DNA of 63,098 nt, filler included, from Chiloscyllium plagiosum (taxonomy: Eukaryota), in NCBI RefSeq assembly GCF_004010195.1. It is 6 parts of 2 records of this genome, joined end to end, with 100 filler letters (N's around TTAATTAATTAA, not from the genome) between each part and the next. Parts side by side here need not be neighbours in the genome. Positions count along the whole stretch, not along the records: positions 1 to 18,465 come from NC_057716.1; positions 18,566 to 33,250 come from NC_057716.1; 4 more parts are not named here. One strand, given 5' to 3'. Shown here piece after piece: positions 12,340 to 25,900 of the stretch; position 1 is the first letter of the stretch; every line of letters begins with the position of its first letter. The notes beneath the pieces were generated by a model, which was given only the letters and a program-made list of their open reading frames with translations, had not been told where the DNA came from and searched no databases. The position numbers and the translations under genes were made by a program.

Positions 12340-13126
12340 AACAGCCTGACATTATCTGTAAGGTATGATTCTGTGAGTATGATTATGTCCCAGACTCCCC
12401 AGCACCTTCTCCGGATATCTCTTGTCTCACCAGCAGGACAGACACAGCAGAAGTGGCGACACAGTGGGATACAGTTGGAAGGAAATTGCTCTGGGAGTCC
12501 TCAACAGTGAGTCCGTATCCCATGCAATCTCATGGCGTTAGTTTACACATGGGAAAGGAATCCTCCTGCTGATTATCATGTACCAAACTCTCTCAACTGA
12601 TTAATCAGTACTCCTCCATGCTGACCAACCCTTGGAGGAAGCACTGAGGGTGGCGAGGGTGCAAAATGTCGTCTGGGTGGGGGATTTTAATGTCCACCAC
12701 CAAGAGTGACTCGGCAGCAGCATTACGAATTGAACTGTTCAGGACTGGGTCTACGGCAGTTCGTGAATGAAACAACAAGAGGAAATATATACTTGACCAC
12801 ATCCTTCCTAACCTTCCATTTGCAGAATAATCTGCCCATGCCAGTCTCGGTAAGAGTGACCAACCGCAGAGTCATTGTGGAGACAAAGTCCCGCCTTCAC
12901 ATTGAGAATAACCTCCATAACTTTGAATGACACTGTCACCGTGCTAAATAAGACAGACTTAAACAGATCTAGCAGCTCAAGTCGGGGTTTCCATAAGGTG
13001 CTGTGGCCCAGAAATAGCAGCCGAATTGTACTCCCGCACAACCCGGACTGGCATACCCTCTCACAACAATTAGCATCAAGTCTGAGAATCAACCTTGGTT
13101 CAATGGAGTGTGCAGGAGGGCAGGAG
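12340..13126 (+). mobile_element. Second LINE family (CR1/L2 group), APE endonuclease region, copy A
   Basis: TGGGTGGGGGATTTTAATGTCCACCACCAAGAG = WVGDFNVHHQE; truncated by a gap. Confidence 0.8.
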
Positions 13127-13626
13127 NNNNNNNNNNNNNNNNNNNNNNNNNNNNNNNNNNNNNNNNNNNNNNNNNNNNNNNNNNNNNNNNNNNNNNNNNN
13201 NNNNNNNNNNNNNNNNNNNNNNNNNNNNNNNNNNNNNNNNNNNNNNNNNNNNNNNNNNNNNNNNNNNNNNNNNNNNNNNNNNNNNNNNNNNNNNNNNNNN
13301 NNNNNNNNNNNNNNNNNNNNNNNNNNNNNNNNNNNNNNNNNNNNNNNNNNNNNNNNNNNNNNNNNNNNNNNNNNNNNNNNNNNNNNNNNNNNNNNNNNNN
13401 NNNNNNNNNNNNNNNNNNNNNNNNNNNNNNNNNNNNNNNNNNNNNNNNNNNNNNNNNNNNNNNNNNNNNNNNNNNNNNNNNNNNNNNNNNNNNNNNNNNN
13501 NNNNNNNNNNNNNNNNNNNNNNNNNNNNNNNNNNNNNNNNNNNNNNNNNNNNNNNNNNNNNNNNNNNNNNNNNNNNNNNNNNNNNNNNNNNNNNNNNNNN
13601 NNNNNNNNNNNNNNNNNNNNNNNNNN

Positions 13627-16600
13627 GCAAACCTACGATACCCTTAGAGAGATTCTTACTTGGGAGAATTTCAAAAATTCACTTCCTGCAGTCGTGAGAA
13701 CTCGTGTGGAAGAGCAGAGAGTTAAAATGGCAAGACTAGAAGCTGATATGGCTGATGATTATCAGTTGGCCCAGAAATCAAAGTTTGGCTTCTGTGAGGG
13801 ATTGAGAAGAATTTGCGAGATCTTCTTAAAACATATACCTGTGAGATTAAGGTTTACTGGCGTAGGCCAGGAGTAGCAGGTTAAGGGGTTACAACATTTT
13901 ATGGTACAGAAGCATGTAATTCTTTTATGCTGAGACATAAGAAGCTATGTCATTCAGAAGGACTACCAGAGAGATGAGAAGTGCTCCATTATGTAACATG
14001 TGGTTGGAGTGCCCGCTAAAACAAACGTATTTCTCAATGGGGAAGGAGGCCTTGAACTTGGTGTTGGCGTTGCAACATTTATATTACAAATAACATGCCT
14101 GAGCAAAATCTATACACTGATCATAACGCCGACAAGTTTTTGGACAAATTTAGGGAGAATTCTTCCAGCCTGTTCAGAGACAGGTGACTATTGTTGCCAT
14201 TCAATTTGGAAGTTATGCAGGTGACAATACAAGAAACTGCACTTGCTGCCAAGTTGTTGAGACTTGGATGAAGGAAGACAGAGGCGTTCTGTGGCCGGAG
14301 TAAACGGATTGAAATAGAATGGGGTTGGGAATATTTGCGTGTTTAGTGTCAATATCACATATATGTATTGTAGTCTACTAATAGAGTAAGAATAAGGGCC
14401 TTAAAATGAAGCTACCCTTGTCTCTTGATGCTTCATTGTTTTCAAATAGGGAGGTTTGATGATACTGTCATTTTAAAAAGATTATTTTCTCTTCGTCGTT
14501 TTTGCAGACAGGTCTTAAAGGCAGAGATGCCAGACTGCCACCTGAAAACGACTGAAGTAAATAAGTGAGGATGTCTTTATATTTTATTAAAACGGTGGGA
14601 GCAATGGAAGGGCAGCGGCCAGCTCTCCCAGAGCAGGTTTCCTCTGTGCTTAGTTGAAGCATTCAGCGGCTGCTTGGGGTCTCAGAAAGGTTGGAAATTT
14701 CAGTACATGGTCCCCAGCTGCTCTTCTCTATGAGATCTCTTCTAATGTTGTTTCTTTCTGGATTGGAAAACTGCACGTAAGAATCTGTATTTGAGTTTTC
14801 CTTTGTGCCAAGCGGTGTTTATCTAGAAGGTACGGCATCTATTCTTTGTGTATGTGTTCCAACATATAAGCTAACCCCATTGTTCTTTTCTTTGATTGTA
14901 TTTTAACTAAAGCGTTTGAATAGATTGTATTTTGCTTCACACTTCATATCTATGTTCATATAAGGAAAGGTTTGGGCTGGAGAAACCATCTTGAAATATT
15001 TTACTGAGGTCTCGTCTGATCCATAGCTCTCATAGCTCAGGGGCTTCTGACTGACTCCTGTTATTGAAAATTTAGTGGAGGGGCTGGGGATGGTTTGCTG
15101 GAGGTTGTGCTGTGACCCGTGTCAGACATTCAACGAGACCTGAGGATTTGGAGACCTGGCTCTGGATGGAGCATGGGGACTGTAGTTACAGCATTTGAGC
15201 CTGCAACATGAATAACAAATGGAGCAGAGGTTGCAGGGAGGGGAAGCTCTGAAACCACGAATGAGTGTGTGTGGGGAAAGGGATCTGCTGTATTCACCCC
15301 TGGTTGTCCAGGAACCGTTTCCCAAGCTCCACGTTACCCAGGAGCAGAGTGTGAATGGTCCCTGACTGAACAAGGAGCTGGTCACAGAGCGGTGTCACCT
15401 CCTTCAATACGACCTGCAGCTTCATTCCAAGGGCGGACGGTGCTGTCAATGGCTGTTAGGGTCACAGTTGCATTTAGCTTCTATGATCCAGAACTTTCCA
15501 GGCAGGAGTGGGTGACATATCCATCATCTCGCAGTATTGCGACATCACTGGTAACGTTCTGTCAAACTGATATAGACTGAGGTATCTGGAGTGCCTGTTT
15601 CCTGTTTGTTAACCAGTCCGCCCCTATTCCTGTGTAACATATTTGAAGGGCTAAATAAGAACAAGGACCATCAGTCAGTAATCCAGCCCCTCGAATCATC
15701 TCCACCACTGAATACAATCATGGCTGATGTCATCACGGCCCTGTTCCACTTTCCTACCATCTCCATCCTGAAACTCTGATCTCTTGTAGATTGCAGCACA
15801 TGAAAAACATATCTGTTCAACATTTTACTTTGAATTACTTTTAGCATTTTACAGAACTTAATGAGATCTCCTTTCACTATTATAAACTTGAGAGTTATAG
15901 GCCTTGATTGCTTAATCTCTTTTCATAAGACAAACCCTTCATCTCTGGAATCAATCAAATGAAAATCTTCTGAATTACCTCCAATGCAATTACGTTCTTG
16001 TGCAAGTCAGGGCAGTAAAACTTTAATCCAGTTGCAGCCTCACTAATGTCTTGTATAGCTACAGCAACTCTACCTACCTTTCTACTCTATCTTTCTACAA
16101 ATGAAAACTGAAACTATGCTTGCCTTTCCCATGTCTTGCTGTACCTTCATGCAGCCTTTCTGTAATATGCACATGAACACACTGACCCCTCTGCACATGA
16201 GCATTTTGAAGTTTCTCTCCATTTAGACAATAATTTGCCTTTCTATTTTGCTGACCAAATTGTTAAATCTCATAGTTGTCCACTTTAAATTTCATTGCCA
16301 AGTGTTATCCGATTCACCCAACCTATCCATATTGATTTTTAAAACTCTTACATCTTCATTCCGAAGTAATTTCCCACTGATGTTAGTGTCATCTGAAAAA
16401 TTGGCTATAGTATTTTCTATCCGTTCAACCCAGTAATAATATTGATGACAAAAAATAAAGGCATGAGTACTGAAATTTGTGTCACCCCACAAATTACATT
16501 TGCAAAAAGAAAATGACACATTTTTTCCATCTGCCTGCCTTTTGTTGGTTTACCAATCCATTATCCAAGCTAATAAATTACTCTTAAACCCATGTTGTTT

Positions 16601-19600
16601 GATCTTACTGCTTACACTTTGGAGAAGTGATACATCCAAACCCTTCTGGAAGACCAGATATATTCCACCTCCAGGATTCCCACTATCCACCTTGTTTATG
16701 ACATCTTTAAATAACTGAAATAAACAATTCAAACACGATTTAACCTTCTTAAAACCATGTTGACTCTGACGGATTGTGGTTTAACTTTGCAAATGTCCTG
16801 AACAATGGATTCTAACAACTTGCCTTAACTTACTATAGTATATCGTTACACATTATTCCCTCATGTATACAGTTATTATAAGTTCTTCCCTTTCGAAAAC
16901 CTTTACGTTTTCTTTGAATTCCTGTTTAACAGGCGCAAGGCTTTAACAGATCTCCTCCAACTGCTGAGTAAGAACCATGTGTGGCTGTATGGTCTCATCA
17001 TCCAGCTGGTGTACAAAATCGATGGACTGACATCTTTCTGGTGTTCTCATGTTGTCGTCTCAAAGGCCAGAATTACCTCCTCTGATCTTACTGTGATGTG
17101 TGAGAGATTTGGGGGGTTATGGAATCTTCCTGTTGCTGTGTTGCTCGAGGGGATCATGGGTCTTCTCATATTCCCCCATAACAGGCTGGAGAAACTGAAC
17201 GGTCTCTTCATTCATCCCTGACATGGGAGCAAAGGAGTGATTGGTCTTTTGATGTTCCCTTACAACTTACACGTGTCTGAATTACCTCTGCCTTTCTCAT
17301 AAATAAGTCTCAGATAGATTATATCCTTATCCAATTCACTTGAAACAGGCTCAGTGGGGCTGAATGGCCTCCTGTTATCCAAGTGTAACAATCGCCGAAT
17401 CAATGTGTGGCCTCTTAAAACTCCTGTGTAACAGACTTGATAGGGCTGAATGGATTGATCTTGTTGCTGTGTAATAGGCTACTAGTCCGTTATGGTCTGC
17501 TCTGAGTCCAGTGTTATAGGCTCGAGGGGTTGATTGGCCTCCTCCTGTAACTGCATATCGGGCTCCAGGGTCTGAATAGCCTCGTCCTGTTCTGGCGTAA
17601 CATGGTTGAAGGCCTAAATATCCTTCTGTTGTTTCTTGTAACAAGCTAGAAAATGGCATGGATTTCTCCATTATGTGTGTTTATGGCTTCTGTTCCTGAC
17701 TCCTTCTGGTCATCTATGTTGAAATAAGATCATCTTTAATTCTTGTAAAGTCCAATGTGCAGTGGATCAACCTGACCATCCTTTCCTTATAAACTAACAG
17801 CTTCATTAAACGAATCAGTTGAGGGAACCATCTCAGAACTTCTTCCAATGGAACAATATCTTTTCCTCAGTAAGGAGATTAAATCTGTAAACGCTACTCC
17901 AGCTGTGATCCACGAAGATCCTGTACAGTAGCAACGACGCTTTACCAACCTGCTGTAAGGTTCCCACCCAGGTTACAGCAGTCACAGCTGTTGCGGGGAA
18001 TAGACAGCATTGTTGAAAGATCATTGTCCTTCTCAACTCCACCAGCATAACGGGAGGTCTGGAGAGTCATTCATAATAAAGCTTGAGAAGATCGTAAATG
18101 ATGTGGCAGGATAATTTCTACCATTAGTCTCCCCAGAACCAAATTCACTGAGATTTCACTGAATTCTGAATGGTGGAGCTCAGGAAGAGCAATGAGCAGA
18201 AAACATTGGTGGGAGTTATATATTAAAGTGAAAGCTGCAATACAAATATTGGGCGTGTTATAAAACAGCAATTGGGATATACACGTTTGTGGGGACTGCA
18301 GTAAGAATGTACTATTTAAATTGTATCTAACCTGTGTTAACTCAACTGAATGCTAATGGTGGGAAAAACGGATTACATGAGCGTGTGTGAGATGGCTTGC
18401 ATTAACATTATTTCGAGTACCGAGGACGAGATCAGGTTATTTAGGAATTGGTGTTGGATGAGCAGNNNNNNNNNNNNNNNNNNNNNNNNNNNNNNNNNNN
18501 NNNNNNNNNTTAATTAATTAANNNNNNNNNNNNNNNNNNNNNNNNNNNNNNNNNNNNNNNNNNNNCAGCGCGTGTTGGGGTCTTGAATTTCCTTCCTGAG
18601 AGGAGAATTATTTCCGGTATCCTCACAACCATTAAAAAGTGCTCGAACGAGCACTTGTAAGTGTCATAACATTCCCGGCTATAGGTCTGGTGTACATCGT
18701 GCTGTATTTCTGATAGTCTAGAATCTATGCTCCTGTGACTGTATGGCAGTGCAATGTCAATCATTGAGCAGCCTAAGGCAGGAATTGATGGGTTTCTGAA
18801 GAGTATATTAACAAGTGTTATAAGAGTGAATTGTAATACCTTGTCAAATTATGTCAATGTGAGAAATATCAGAACACGAATGCAGCTTCCTTACAATCTG
18901 AAACCAGAGAATGGAGAGTGGTGAACAGGGAAATGGCAGAACTATGAAATAGCTACTTCAGTTCTGTCTTTACAGAACTTTCTAACAGTACTAGGAAAAC
19001 CAAGTCTGGTATGGAAAACGACATAGTACATCGAACATAAAACATAATAAGTAAATGGTTTAGGAGAAATTATTGGGGCTGAATTAATGGTCATAGAAAA
19101 CACTAACATAATTTTATGTAATGGGAATTATTTTTGAGAAACAAACTGAGAGACAAATGAAAGAGAAGCAATGGATGTAAAACATTTGGATTTTCAGAAA
19201 AATATTTTAGTAATGCTCCAATCCTAGTTTGCAAAATTAAATCTGAGTGGATTGGGGCGAATATATATCGTCATGTTTCTCGAATGGGACAACTGGCAGG
19301 AAACAGTGAATAGAAATAAACAGACTCGTCAAGCAACAGCCTGACATTATCTGTAAGGTATGATTCTGTGAGTATGACTATGTCCCAGACTCCCCATCAC
19401 CTTCTCCGGATATCTCTTGTCTCACCAGCAGGACAGACGCAGCAGAAGTGGCGACACAGTGGGATACAGTTGGAAGGAAATTGCTCTGGGAGTCCTCAAC
19501 AGTGAGTCCGTATCCCATGCAATCTCATGGCGTTAGTTTACACATGAGAAAGGAATCCTCCTGCTGATTATCATGTACCAGCCTCTCTCAACTGATTAAT

Positions 19601-20118
19601 CAGTACTCCTCCATGCTGACCAACACTTGGAGGAAGCACGGAGGGTGGCGAGGGTGCAAAATGTCGTCTGGGTGGGGGATTTTAATGTCCACCACCAAGA
19701 GTGACTCGACAGCAGCATTACTAATTGAGCTGGTCAGGACTGGGTCTCTGGCAGTTCGTGAATGAAACAACAAGAGGAAAATATATACTTGACCACATCC
19801 TTCCTCACCTTCCACTTGCAGAAGAATCTGCCCATGCCAGTCTCGGTAAGAGTGACCAAACGCAGAGTCACTGTGGAGACAAAGTCCCGCCTTCACATTG
19901 AGAATAACCTCCATAACTTTGAGTGACACTGTCACCGTGCTAAATAAGACAGACTTAAACAGATCTAGCAGCTCAAGTCGGGGTTTCCATAAGGTGCTAT
20001 GGCCCAGAAATAGCAGCCGAATTGTACTCCCGCACAACATGGACTGGCGTACCCTCTCACAACAATTAGCATCAAGTCTGAGAATCAACCTTGGTTCAAT
20101 GGAGTGTGCAGGAGGGCA
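13627..20118 (+). repeat. Segmental duplication, copy B (lacks the Penelope insertion)
   Basis: Near-identical to copy A; contains duplicated Gypsy gag/RNase H/LTR (13627-~15027), CR1 (~15660-16830), the 42-bp array (~16928-17680) and the LINE APE region. Confidence 0.95.
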
Positions 20119-21480
20119 TGAGCAGCACCAGGCATACCTGAAAATGAGGTGTCAGCCTGGTGAAGCCACAAACCAGAACGACTCATGTGCCAACTTGCAT
20201 AAGCAGTAAGTGATAGATAGGGCTAAGTGATCCCACAAGAAACGGTTCAGATCTAAACTCTGCAGTCCTTCCACTTCTAGTTGAGAATAGTTATGGACAA
20301 TTAAACAAGTCATTGGAGGAGGGGGTTCCACAAGTATCCCCATCCTTACTGATGGGAGAGCCCAGCACTTCAGTGCAAGAGATAAGGTTGATGTATTCGC
20401 AACAATCTTCAGTCAGAAGTGATGAGTGCACAATCCATCTCGGCCTCCTTCAGTTGGTCCTCAGCAATTCAGTTACCACTCATCAGCCAATTTGATTCAC
20501 TCCACGCGATATCCAGAAATGGTCAGAGACAATGTAGCAAAAGGTTACACATGCTGACAATATTCTGGAAATAGAATTGAAAAGTTGTGCTGTAGATCTT
20601 GTCACTACCCTAGCGAAGCTGTTCCAATATCGTTACAAAAACGACATTTTCCCGATTCCGTGGAAAATTACCCACGTATCTTCTGTACATAAAATGCAGA
20701 ACAAATCCAATTCGGCCAATTACCTAACCATCAGTCTACTCTCGATAATCAGTTAAGTGATGGAAAGTGTCAGTGATTTCAAGCAGTACCTGCTCAGCAA
20801 TAATCTGGTCAATGACGCCCAGTTTGTGCTCCACCAGGGCCACTCAGCCCCTGATCTCATTACCTTGGTTAAACATGGACAAAAGAGCTGAATTCCCGAG
20901 GTGCGATGAGAGTGGCAGACCTTTAAATCAAGGCTGCCTTCGACCAAGTGTGGCATCAAGGGGTGTTAGCAAAACTGGAGTCAATGGATATCAGGGGAAA
21001 ACTCCCCGCAGGTTAGAATCATACCTGGCTATGGTTAATAAAAGTGAGTGAACTCAGCTCCAGGACAAGTCTGTAAGAGTCCCTCGGTCAGTGGCCTCGG
21101 CCTAAACATCTTCAGTGCTGCTTCGTTAATGGCTTTCCCTCTATTATAAGGTCAGAAGTGGGTATGTTCGCCAATGATTGCACAATGTTCAGCAACATTT
21201 GTAGCTCTTCAGATACTGAAGCAGCCCATGACCAAATGCGACAAGATCTGGACAGTATCCAGGCTGATAAGTGGCAAGTAATCTTCAGGCCACACAAATG
21301 CCAGACCGTGACCATCACCACTAAAATACGATCTAAACACTACCCCTTGGCATCCAAAGGTGTTACTATTACTGAATCCACAGTGGACTGCAGCGATTCA
21401 GCAAGGCAGCTCACCACCACCCTCTCAAGGGCAACAAAGGACGGGCAATAATTGCTGGCCAGCCAGTCACACCCAGATTC
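19340..21480 (+). mobile_element. Long decayed LINE (CR1/L2 group), APE plus RT
   Basis: WVGDFNVHHQE (~19668), NYLTISLLS (NYRPISLLS-like, ~20718), AAFDQVWHQG (~20933), MFANDCT (~21165). Confidence 0.85.
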
Positions 21481-21519
21481 ACGACATAAATGAATAGAAA
21501 AACAACTTTTTTTTTTCAC

Positions 21520-22680
21520 AGCGGAAGGTTGCTGAGGTATCACGGGGATCGGTGCACAGGTCCCAGCTGTTCACAATATACAGTATACATTTGGTTGCGG
21601 CAATCAAATAGAATATATCCAAACCTGCTGACAGAACTAAAGGATATTGGATTGTGAGTGGGTGAGGAGATTGTAAAAAAGCTTCAAGGTGACTAAAACA
21701 AGTGGAGTGAATGGGCACATATGTGGCAGATGAGAGCAAAGTGGGTAGAGGGGACGGTGTGCCGTTTGGTAGGAACAAAGAGATTCGCAGCCTATCGTTT
21801 GAAAAAGGATTGTTTGAAACATGTTGATCTACAAAAGGACGCATGCTCCTTTTTGTTGTTTCCTTCTGCGCAGCCCTCCGATGTCCCTGCAGGGCAGTGA
21901 GTTCTGAACCCAGAAATCAATACTGGGAAGTGTATTGTCACGCTGACCAGTGTACATAGACCCATTAAATGGGGAGCTGTGACATTACAAATGATCTGGA
22001 TCTCTCTGTACACCAGTCATTAAAAGCGATATTGCAGGAAAGAAAGCAGTTAGAAAGATAAATGGTGTGTTGACCTTCATTTCAGGGTGATTTGAATCGA
22101 GGAGTAAGGGTGTGTTACTGCAGCTGTACAGGGCCTTGGAGAGACCCAATCTCAAACATTGTGCAATATTTTGTGCAGTTTTGGTCTCCGTAACTCATAA
22201 AGGGCAAACCTGACATTGATGGACATCAGCGAAGGATGGCCAGAATGATCTCTGGGATGACAGGCTTGTTGTGGGAGCAGTGTTTGGGGTGACTGGACCT
22301 GTATTCCATGGGGTTTAGGAAAATGCGTGGAGATCTCAGTGAGATATATAAAACTCTGACAGGGTGAGACAGATTGGAAGCAGGGATGATAATTCCCCAG
22401 GCTGTGGTGTGTAAATCAAGGGGCCACACTATTTCATACAGATAGGTTATTCTTCATTCAGATGAGAATAAATTTCTGCACTCAGAGACTGTGGAATGCG
22501 CTCGAACCTAGAAACCAAGGCACTGAATATAAATAAAGATTTAGATACAGTAAAGGGATGGTGGGAGAGCAGGAGTACGGTGTGGGGACATAATGGCCCA
22601 GCCATCATTATATTGAATTGGGTAGCAAACTCGATGGAGCAAAGGGACTGCTACCCTTCCTATATTATAGCTTCCCGATG
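21520..22680 (+). mobile_element. Decayed CR1 3' fragment
   Basis: VPQGSVLGP-like GGTATCACGGGGATCGGTGCACAGGTCCC; TTGTGCAGTTTTGGTCTCC; CR1 tail near 22600-22680. Confidence 0.75.
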
Positions 22681-23289
22681 TTAATCATATTAACGAATAT
22701 ATTCATTGTGTGGGATAAGTACATTATGGAGATGTTTGTAAATGAACGACAATGAGGAAGGCTCAATGTGTTGAAAGGCCTACTCCGTTCCTGATGTTTC
22801 TGTGAAGTCTGTGGGAAAGCTCTGTAAAAATTGTCACAAGCTCTCAGATGTTTGGAAGGAGGACTCTGCAGGGTCAACAGGACTGTGTTTCCCTTTCCCT
22901 TTTCCGATAATGGCTGGGGCTGAGGGTTCTGTCCAGGTTTATCCTTTAAGACCTCGAATCAGTTTGATACAATAAAGTGTGTTGCTTGGCCGATTCAGAG
23001 ACCATTAAAAAGTTTATCACATGTCTGTGTGTCTGGAGTCACTTTTAGGCCAGACCAGGAAAGCACAGGAGATTCACATCTTTAAAGTAATTTGGGGAAG
23101 GAAATTGGTGATTACAATCGACATTAGTTTTAAGGTCACTGTTACTGACACCAGATTTCGCATCTTAATATTTTATCAATTGTTTCTAATTTCCACCAGC
23201 TGCCAGAGCATTATCCTGGTTTGGATTAGTAATCCAGTGAAGATTCCCCAACAGCACCATCTCCAAATGGGGACCTATCGGAAACCACA

Positions 23290-24050
23290 CTGAGCAGGTT
23301 TTTTTTTCTGTGCTGCTTGACAACGCTGTCAAAAAGAACTCCCACTTTCGTGACTATCGTGATTGGACTGAGTGAGTGGTAATTGGTCAGGCTGTAATTA
23401 TTCTCCTCTTAGGGGACTGGACATAGCTGTGTAATTTTCCACATTGCCAGGGAGATGTCAGAGTTGGAGTTGGAATGAAACATGTTCCCCAGGGACACGG
23501 CTTGTTGTGCAGCACAAGTCTTCAGTCCTATTGCAGAAATGGTGTCAGGGCCCATTGCCTTTGTCGTATCTATTGTGTTCAGCTGTCTCTTCATGTTCCG
23601 AGCATAAAATCGAATTGGTCGAAGACTGGCATCTGTGATTCTGTGGGTATCTGACGAGAGCGAGTTGAATCATCAGCTCAACACTTCTGGCGGAGAATGG
23701 TGCAGGTACTACATCCTTGTGTTTTACACTGTTGTACAGGGCAGTTCTGTAATGCAGAATAGAGATATTTATGGAATCCTCTCTGACAGTCATTTCTTTA
23801 ACCGTCCATCACCATTTATGACTGAATGTGGCAGAACTGCAGAGATTCGATCAGATCTGTTGGTCAAGTGTGGTAGCTTTATTGTTTTAGCATTAGGTCT
23901 AGGTTCACATGCTTCTGATCCTGACATGTTCTCCCACAGTCATTACTGAAACGTAGGTCGTGTTGATGGTAATGGCAGACTGAGGAGATTATCCCTGAGC
24001 AAAATGTTACAGATTGTGGTTGAGTGCTGTTCTGCTTCTCCTGCTGCTGT
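23290..24050 (-). mobile_element. Fragment of the second LINE family, minus strand
   Basis: Minus ORF DTTKAMGPDTISAIGLKTCA matches the KAxGPD region also seen at ~20535-20600. Confidence 0.75.
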
Positions 24051-24174
24051 AGTCTACAGTACTATATAAATACGCATAAATATGCAATAACGCTGTCTCC
24101 TAGTTCACATCGAGACCCATTCACCTATCAACCCTGTACTCAGTGACCTACTCTAGTTTCTGAAATGGGTCAGA

Positions 24175-25426
24175 AAATGAACAACGGAGACACAGTTAAC
24201 GAAAAATGATGCACATGATGTATAAAACATTAAATCATTATTTGATCCTCATCTAAAGTGATATGTTCCCCTTCTCTCAATGTTTCGTCTTTTCTGGAAT
24301 TCTCGAATCTAATCTCTCATTTTTTTCTATCAGGTTGCGTGTTATAAATTCTTGCTTCTGGTATCCATTTTCATACTCACATTCATCTGAGGGTCGCTCC
24401 CCGAGTCATGCTTCCAATCTGACACATTCGGCAAAACCAATTGACTGATTTTAATTTAATTGTTTAATGCATCTGAATCCTTTTTTTTCCTTGAGTAATA
24501 CCATCTTCTGTGTTTAAAATGGATGTTTTTTTTCCTCTGTTTCTCTCCCTGACCATGATTACGAGCTCTGAAGCGTCAGTGATGCCAGCCATATGCAGTT
24601 TCAGAGCCAATGAATTCTCTGATTCCCAATCATCTTCACCACATTGTATGTTTCCTCTTTTGATGCCTAATCACTCATGGCTGTCTTGTCCTTCCATGAG
24701 TATGTTTCATCTCTTTTGGGATGGATTTCTGATATCATCCGAATTTTCCACAGAAGTTCCTGCCTTTGCTACTCCATGAACGTTCCTGCTCGACTCCCCT
24801 TCCAATTAACTCTGGCCAGCTCCTCCCGCATGTCTTTGTACTTATGTTACTCACTTGAAATCACATTACATCGAGAAGACAACAATAGATATAAACCAAA
24901 AAAACTGAGTTTTGAGAGAAGGGACGCGAAGAATAATTGGGAAATTTCTTAACTAGATACAAAGAGAGAACGAGAGAGAGGATATAGATGACGAAATTTG
25001 AAAAATGAGAAAACTTGATTATTGAAAATAGTAGATGTACATCCCTCAATGTTTTGGCAATGTATGTGTGCTGTGGTCCTTTGTACAGTACATGTACAAC
25101 AGAGTAATGTTTTCAAATGCTGCGTCTGATGGCAGAATTTTTATCTCCAATTATATGACAGACACAAACTTTGGAAAGAACCCAACAGGCAATATATTGA
25201 ATTCCAGGTAGAAGGGGGATTAACGGAAATAAGTTGGGAGACCAGAAGCAAGAATTTATAACACGCATCCTGATAAAAAATGAGAGATTAGATTAGAGAA
25301 TTCCAGAAAAGGAGGAAACATTGAGAGAAGGGCAAAATATCACTTTAGATGAAGATCAAATAATGATTTCATGTTTTATACATCATGTGCATCATTTTTC
25401 GTTAACTGTGTCTCCGTTGTTCATTT
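24175..25426. repeat. Long inverted repeat, ~190-bp arms around an ~870-bp spacer
   Basis: 24175-24365 is the reverse complement of 25237-25426, with the outer ~90 bp nearly perfect; both ends are flanked by AGA. Confidence 0.92.
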
Positions 25427-25499
25427 AGAAAGTGTAAAATGTTACTTATCTACACACACATATTGATTAAACAGTGTATATAACATTATTTTTCCGCCA

Positions 25500-25900
25500 T
25501 CGAAATGGTCCTGTTGTCGTGCTACCAGGATACATGAACACCAACTGACCAGCAAAAGACACGACCCATTATCACTATGTTCCATACATAGAGACAAAGA
25601 AGGGCACCATTTTTATTGGGACAGCATACACACATACGAAGACACGCAAGGACGTTCTTAGAAAATGGCATTCTAACTAGAAGTCCATCAATAAACACAT
25701 CAATTTAGATCCTATCTACCTTCTCTTGTAAAACAAAAGAACCTGAAATGACATCACCCACCTCTCGAAACTAAGACTGATAAATGGAGAGGCGGGACAC
25801 ACCACCAGCGCTTCAGCGAAGACACTCACTGATGATGTTACCTAGTCATGGTGTCAAAACATCTGAAATCAGACCTTCAACCACAACGAGCTAACTTGCA
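25500..25900 (+). mobile_element. Penelope-like family 2, 3' end with decayed hammerhead
   Basis: Encodes ...KSINKHINLDPIY (matches minus-strand 47110-47200); CTGATGA-TGTTACC...GGTGTC-AAAAC-ATC at 25829-25863. Confidence 0.75.

Larger units (their letters stand above)
2253..13126 (+). repeat. Segmental duplication, copy A
   Basis: 2253-8085 aligns nearly base-for-base to 13627-18465, and 11570-13126 to 18566-~20118; the ORF track shows the same short ORFs twice. Confidence 0.95.

Noticed and set aside
12875..13876. Long ORFs of 150-370 aa (also 5646-6255, 47048-48035, 61495-62669)
   Set aside because: They are open only because they run through N gaps.
18510..18521. TTAATTAATTAA palindrome centred in N runs (also 33295, 42931, 49472, 59874)
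   Set aside because: An identical 12-mer padded by ~44 N on each side, with stops in all six frames, is an artificial contig-joining linker, not biology.
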